Source: Candidatus Multivoradales bacterium (lineage in GTDB: Bacteria > Acidobacteriota > Thermoanaerobaculia > Multivoradales > J023). Taken from it: 64,000 nucleotides of DNA. Position 1 is the first letter of the stretch, and each line of letters opens with the position of its first letter. The notes under the pieces are model-generated. The model saw nothing but the letters and a program-made list of their open reading frames with translations. It was not told the origin of the DNA and made no database searches. The position numbers and the translations under genes were made by a program. Below, one piece after another: positions 58,288 through 64,000 of this stretch. Location of the stretch: NCBI GenBank assembly GCA_965248925.1, contig CBDFLE010000006.1:2048001-2112000 (forward strand). The letters are read 5' to 3'.

Positions 58288-59436
58288 TCAGATTTCCCCG
58301 GGAAGGTTCCTTGAGATCAACACTTGCATGATTTGGCTACTGCCTTCGATAATCTCCATCGCCCTGGAGTCGCGCAGATAGCGGGCCACCGGATAATCGG
58401 CGGAGAGACCGTTGGCACCGTGCAGCTGCACCGCCGCCGCCGCCGCCGCCGTACAGGTTCGGGAGGCAAAATATTTGGCTATCTGGATTTCTCCAGTGGC
58501 GCCCGGATCGCCAAGCTGCCGCAGATAGCCGGCCCGGTAGCACAGCAGGCGGGCGGCACGGGTGCTGACCACCATCTCGGTGAGCTTTCGCTGGACCAGT
58601 TGATGCTCGCTCAGCAGCTTGCCGAACTGCTGCCGCTCAGAGGTGTAGTCGAGACTGGCGTCGAGGCTGGCCTGGGCGATCCCAACCGACCCCCAAGCGA
58701 CGCTGTAGCGACCCAGGTCGAGACCAGCGGAGGCCACATGGGAAAAGCCGAAGCCCGGCCTCCCGACCATATTCTCGCGTGGAATGCGGCAACCATCGAA
58801 GGTGAGTTCGGCCAGCATGGAGGCCGCTGTACCCATCAGGCCATGGATCGGCTGGCGCGAGAAACCGGCGGCGTCGGCAGGCACCAGAAAGGCCGCGGGG
58901 CCCTCCTCACACTGCGCCAGCACCAAGATGATGTCGGCCACCTGACCATAGGTGATCCACTTCTTACGCCCATCAAGGATCACTTCATCACCCTCAAACC
59001 GAGCCCGCGTCGTGATGTGGCGAGCATCGCTACCCACCTCGGGCTCGGTGAGGGCAAAGGCTCCGAGAAGCTCGGCGCTGGCCATCCTGGGTAGCACCGT
59101 CTCCTTGAGGTGTTTGCTGCCCCAGCGAAAGACGCAGAAGGTCGTCATGTCATGCACGGTCAGCAACGAGCGGACCGACGAACAGGCGCGACCGATCTCC
59201 TCTGTCAGAATGCCGTAGGTGATCGCATCCAAGCCGCCCCCGCCTACCTCCTCGGGGAAAGGCGTGCCGAGGTAACCCCGCTGGACCAGCTTGCGAACGA
59301 ACTCGCTGGGCACTTTCTCTTGCCGCTCCCAAAGTCCGGCATGAGGAGCGACTTCCGCCGCCGCGAAGCGTCTGAATTCCTCTCTCTTGGCGACCTGCTC
59401 GGCCGACAGTTCAATACGTATGCCCTCTTCGTTCAT
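58288..59436 (-). CDS. Acyl-CoA/acyl-ACP dehydrogenase (FkbI/ZmaI-like)
   Basis: CSSVRSLLTVH, FALTEPEVGSD, GRKKWITYGQ, RQQFGK, AVQLHGANG, IIEGS. Confidence 0.88.
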   Translation of the reverse strand: MNEEGIRIELSAEQVAKREEFRRFAAAEVAPHAGLWERQEKVPSEFVRKLVQRGYLGTPFPEEVGGGGLDAITYGILTEEIGRACSSVRSLLTVHDMTTFCVFRWGSKHLKETVLPRMASAELLGAFALTEPEVGSDARHITTRARFEGDEVILDGRKKWITYGQVADIILVLAQCEEGPAAFLVPADAAGFSRQPIHGLMGTAASMLAELTFDGCRIPRENMVGRPGFGFSHVASAGLDLGRYSVAWGSVGIAQASLDASLDYTSERQQFGKLLSEHQLVQRKLTEMVVSTRAARLLCYRAGYLRQLGDPGATGEIQIAKYFASRTCTAAAAAAVQLHGANGLSADYPVARYLRDSRAMEIIEGSSQIMQVLISRNLPGEI

Positions 59437-60039
59437 TGTGTTGTCTCCTAGTTGTGAAAAGGACTCGTCTTTCGCCTCATCTCATCCAAGTCTACAGCTT
59501 TCCAGAGCCGCCGGGTGCCGCGGCCAAGTTACCCCGAGCTTGCTGCACACTTGACCAAAGCGCGGGAGAGCACCCAGAGGATCCCCGGCCGGCGCGGGTC
59601 GTTCCACCCGGTCTTGTTCGGGCGACGAGCCACCTTAGACTTGGGTGTGGAGGGCCGTCTCGGGTGACTTCCGTCCTTGCAGAAAGTCGCAGCCTCCTGC
59701 CTGACCATCTGCAGGATTTGGGAGACTTCTCCTGTGTCGGCATCTGACGCTGCTGAAGAACCCGTTGGTGCTCGGCAACTCTTTGGGCCTGCACGAAGCC
59801 GCACTGGGCACACCAGTCGACCTTCGGTTGGAGCCGCATGACAACGGTCATAGTGCACATCCTGGCGACTGGATAGGCTAATTCGCAGATCATTTCGGGC
59901 CAGTAGTTCCCGGTGACGGAGTTGACCCATCGAGATGCACTGTGCTGCGAGCCCTGCTCGCCCTGTGTAGTCGCCAAGACGTACCGCTGATCGAATCTCT
60001 TCAGCTCCGAATAGTCTTTAAGATGAACCGGCCGGGCAA

Positions 60040-61182
60040 ATGAAGAAAGCCAAGCGTCGCAACCTCACGCGGGTGCTCTCGGCGATGGCGCTGGGTGCAC
60101 TGCTCGCCCAGGCCAGTCAGGGGGCAATCTTCTCCCGCGAAAGGCTGAGGATCCTCGGCGACTTCCGCACCAGGTTGGAAAGTGATTTCGACTCCCAGCG
60201 GGCTGACGGCAGGGCACGGGAAGATCGCACCCGCCTGCGGGTTCGGGCCCGGCTGGGACTCGATTACGCTGCCAGCGATCGCTGGTCATTCGCCCTTCGC
60301 TGGCGCTCTGGAACCGCCGACAGCCATCAATCGCCACACATCACAGTGCTCGACTTCGACCACAACGACACCGGCGACGCTGATTTCAACCTCGACCGCT
60401 GGTACCTGAAGCGGCAGGGAAAGAAAGCTTGGGCCTGGATCGGACGCAACAATTTGCCCTTCTGGAAGCAGAACGAACTCTTCTGGGATAGCGATGTCAC
60501 CCCCGCCGGCCTCGGTTTCGGTTTCGAGACCACCGTCGGTAACAGCCAGAATCTCGCTCTCAATGCCGGTTATTTCTCACTACCGGTGGGCCTGCGCGAT
60601 TTTGCCGGCAACCTGGGCGTCGCGCAGCTGGTGTACGCATCGAGTCGTCTGACCGCCGCGGGGAGCCTGTTGTTGTTCGACGCCAATAGCGGTGACGCGA
60701 ATGCCGCCAGGCTGCTGCGCGGCAATGGCCTCCGCGACTACACTCTCTGGGTAGGATGTCTGCAGTTAAAGCTCAAAGCCGGCAGCCGACAGCTCACCCT
60801 GGGAATCGACGGGGTATACAACAGCAAAGACTACTCGGCCGCCGATACCGATCCGATAACCGCTGCCAACCATGACCAGACCACCGGCTTCGTCCTTTCG
60901 GCCAAGCTCGGCGGCACTCGCGAACAAGGGGATTGGCTGGCGGCGTATTACTACGCCGAAATCGAAGCCCTGGCGGTCAATGCCTCTTTCTCCCAGGACG
61001 ACTGGCTGCGCTGGGGCTCCGCCAACGAGACCCGATCGAGTGATTTCAACGGTCACGAGCTGCGCTTTGCCTACGCCCTGGAGAAAAACGTCAAGTTGGT
61101 TGCTCGACTCTACTTGGTGGAAGCCATCACTAGCAGCGAAGACGGTGGTCGCTTTCGGCTGGATCTCAACTACACTTTCTAA
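60040..61182 (+). CDS. Putative outer-membrane porin
   Basis: Signal peptide, GDFRTRLE, RTRLRVRARLG, LFWDSDVTP.G, C-terminal RFRLDLNYTF. Confidence 0.75.
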   Translation: MKKAKRRNLTRVLSAMALGALLAQASQGAIFSRERLRILGDFRTRLESDFDSQRADGRAREDRTRLRVRARLGLDYAASDRWSFALRWRSGTADSHQSPHITVLDFDHNDTGDADFNLDRWYLKRQGKKAWAWIGRNNLPFWKQNELFWDSDVTPAGLGFGFETTVGNSQNLALNAGYFSLPVGLRDFAGNLGVAQLVYASSRLTAAGSLLLFDANSGDANAARLLRGNGLRDYTLWVGCLQLKLKAGSRQLTLGIDGVYNSKDYSAADTDPITAANHDQTTGFVLSAKLGGTREQGDWLAAYYYAEIEALAVNASFSQDDWLRWGSANETRSSDFNGHELRFAYALEKNVKLVARLYLVEAITSSEDGGRFRLDLNYTF

Positions 61183-61275
61183 GGAGCAAAAAACGCCTAT
61201 CGCTCCGCTCTCGACCGTTGTCTCTTCTCCTTTGAAGTGGTGCGGGTCCCTAGGCTTTCTTGATAGTGTGAATTC

Positions 61276-64000
61276 ATGAGTCTCAGAGCGCCATTTCACT
61301 GCCACTGGCACTTGCTGACGATCCTCGCAACGATCGTCGGACTGCTGGCCATTGCTTGCACCGAGCGCTCGCCAGCCACGGATCCAGCAGTCGACTCGCT
61401 GGCCGAGGGTTCCTGGCCCACCGAGTCACTAAACTCCGCCGCCGGTGCGACCAAGAAGCTCTTTCTCGATTCGATCCAAGGCGGCGCTTTGGACCCCGAG
61501 GCGGCGGCACAAATCTTCACCCAGGGCTTTCGCGGCGAGGACTTTCACCAGCGCCCGACCGACGACCCTCGAGTCGAGTCGGGGATCTCCCTGGCCGAAT
61601 GGCAGGCAACGGCGGCCGAGCTCGACGCGGCGACCTTCCACCAACGCTGGAATGCCTATCTCGCCAACCTCGGTGAAGTGCAGAGCGTCGAGATCCACAC
61701 CTGGGAGATCCAGCTGCGACCGCAAGCCGACGGCCAGGCTGGCCTGGAAACCCGAGAAGCGGTGTGGATCCTCAGTCAGTTGCCGGATGGCCGACTGCGC
61801 GAAGAGCGGCTCTACCTGATCATCGACCTGATTGAGCTGGCTGGCGATAGCGGCTGGCGAATCGCTAGCCTGCGCAGTGCCGATGGCCGCACCAGCATCG
61901 CCGCGGGGCCGTTCTTCCACGATGTCACCCACCGAGTGCTGCCTCCTGGTTTCGACCAGATCGGCGCCCAGATCTACACCGACGGCGGACCGGTGCTGGC
62001 CGACTTCGACGGCGACCACGATGTCGACCTCTTCATGCCCCGCCTGCACGCCCCGGCGAGGCTGTACGAAAACGACGGTTCGGGCCACTTCGAGGACGTC
62101 ACCACCCGCCGCGGCCTGGAACTCAACCTCCTGCGGCAGGGATCCAACAGCGGTCTGTTTCTCGATCTTGACCGCGATGGCCTGCTGGACTTGGTGATCG
62201 GCTCCAAAGAACATGGCCTGCTCCTACTGCGCAATGATGGCAACCGTTTCCACGACGCCACCGGCAGCGAGCCGCTGGCCGAGGCCGGTGATTGGGAGTC
62301 GCTGGCGGCGGCGGACTACGATGGCGACGGTTGGATCGATATCTACCTCACCCAATACAATCTGATCGATGCCGACCATCAACCCGAGAGCTACATCGAC
62401 GCCCAAGATGGCCGCCCCAACGTGCTGCTGCGCAATCTCGGAGGTGAAGGCACTACCTTCACTTTCGCAGATGTCACCACCGCCGCTGGCCTCAAACCGC
62501 AGAGCGAGCGCTGGAGCTATGCCGCCTCGTGGGCCGATTACGACCGCGATGGTGACCTCGATCTTTTCGTCGCCAACGACTACGGCCGCAACAGTCTGTA
62601 CCGCAACCGCGGCGGGGCCGCCGGTTTCGACGAAGTGGCTAGTGAGGTAGGCGCCGACGACCTGGGCAATGGCATGGGCGCCTCGTGGGCCGATCTCGAC
62701 GGCGATCTGTGGCTCGATCTCTACATCTCCAACATGCAGTCCTTCGCCGGCAACCGCATCACCCGGCTCGAGAACTTCCCCGGCTCGGACGCCGAACGCA
62801 CCCTCTACCGCCGCTTTTCCCAGGGCAACACCTTGCTGCACAATCTTGGCGACGGCACCTTTGAGGACGCCACTGAAGGCGCTGGCCTCCGCGGCGCCTT
62901 CTGGGCCTGGGGCAACTTGGCTTTCGACTACGACGCCGACGCCGACCTCGATATCTTCGTCTGCGGCGGTTTCTACACCGGTGTTTCGGCGAAAGACACG
63001 TGAAGCACCTTTTGGCGCCAGGTCATGGCGTCCGAGAGCAGCGGCCAGAGTCAGAACCGTGAGCAAGGCCATCGCAACCACTTCCGGATGTTGCAAGAAG
63101 AGGGTCTGTCGTGGAGCGGCCGCGAACCCAACACCCTGTTCCAGAACCGTGGTGTGGGTGCGGACGGCAACACCACTTTCGACGAGGTGGGCAACGTCCT
63201 CGGGGTCTACCTGCGTCTTGATAGCCGCGGCGCAGCGGTCGCCGATCTCGACGGCGATGGTGATCTCGACCTGGTGGTCTACAACCGCAACAACCCGACT
63301 TTGAAGATCTACCGCAACGACACCCACGGACAGGGCAATTTGGTGCTGGTCGATCTGCGTGGCAATGCTAGCGGCACGCTGGCGGCCGGCGCCCAAGCCG
63401 TACTTACCTGTGCCGGCGAGCAGCAACTCAGACAGGTGGAGATCGGCTCGGGCTTCCTTTCGCAGGGCCCACCGACGCTGCATTTCGGCCTCGCCGCTTG
63501 CCCGCAGATCTCCTCCATCGAGGTGCGCTGGCCCTCGGGCGAAGAGCAGCGCTGGCAGGACTTACCGGTCAATCAGCGGCTCACCCTGACCGAAGGCAGC
63601 GACGGTTTCACCGCCACACCTCTCGAACGACGCAACTATAATCGCAACGAGCTGGCGGTGGCGGCAGGGGAACTATCAGCACCTCGCCCCGACCTCAGCT
63701 TCGACCCCGTCGCTGGCGGCGAGTCGATCGCCCTGGCCGATCTCGACAACACTACCGTCGTGCTCAACTTCTGGGCCACCTGGTGTACCGCCTGCGTCGC
63801 CGAGATGCCCGAACTCGAGGAACTGCACCAGCGGTTCGGGCGGCGAGGAGTGCGCTTCTTCGGCATCTCCTTCGACGAAGGGCGGCCGCAAGCGGCGGTG
63901 CGTGAGTTTCTGGCCGAGCACGGCATCACCTACGAGCAGGTGTGGGGTAGTGTCGAGCAGCAGCAGCCCTTCGCCTCCCTCGGCGCCTCTCCACCGGGGG
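61276..64000 (+). CDS. FG-GAP/VCBS-repeat (CRTAC1-like) lipoprotein with ASPIC/UnbV and TlpA-like thioredoxin domains; in-frame UGA at 63001 (putative Sec); runs off the window
   Basis: Lipobox LAIAC; repeated DxDxDGxxD motifs on both sides of the UGA; same frame stays open from 63004 to 64000 with GSGFLSQ..LHFGL..VRWPSG and LNFWATWCTAC. Confidence 0.8.
63010..63037 (+). promoter_or_regulatory. Candidate bacterial SECIS element
   Basis: UUUUGGCGCCA-GGUCA-UGGCG(U)CCGAGA hairpin; loop begins with G at nucleotide 18 after the UGA. Confidence 0.65.

Noticed and set aside
59450-60039. Short minus-strand ORFs as genes or a transposase remnant
   Set aside because: No recognisable motifs, weak codon bias and no terminal repeats seen.

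Overview
GC-rich bacterial chromosomal window. Gene content (GWxTD/VWA paralogues, TLPxH-type sulfatase-TPR, carboxypeptidase-domain TonB-dependent receptor, FG-GAP/ASPIC lipoprotein) suggests Acidobacteriota, possibly Thermoanaerobaculia; this is inference. About 1-38 kb is mostly housekeeping and envelope genes (three GWxTD-Ig-VWA paralogues, maf, msrP, manC, trmB, ABC exporter, HD hydrolases, folK, lolA, yajC-secDF, xseAB, acyl-CoA ligase) plus a GGDEF-EAL gene and a RelE/ParE toxin-antitoxin module. About 39-64 kb is more accessory and partly decayed (ATP-grasp/esterase/peptidase operon, broken SCO-cytochrome c-PCuAC gene, tryptophan/anthranilate catabolism, RHH-Fic pair, deleted ISL3 element, O-antigen-ligase pseudogene). 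Three observations stand out. (1) An in-frame UGA at 63001-63003, followed by a well-placed SECIS-like hairpin, interrupts one continuous FG-GAP/ASPIC-UnbV/thioredoxin lipoprotein frame, making it a candidate selenoprotein. (2) In a four-gene secreted-protein operon (39167-43217), one protein ends in LPVELLSFEID and another appears to encode the rest of the same FN3/Ig-like domain, suggesting a split-domain, donor-strand tag/catcher system. (3) The TA module is bracketed by a ~160 bp, ~80% identical duplication of the EAL gene 3' end. No rRNA, tRNA or CRISPR array was recognised. All family calls come from motif recognition, not database searches.
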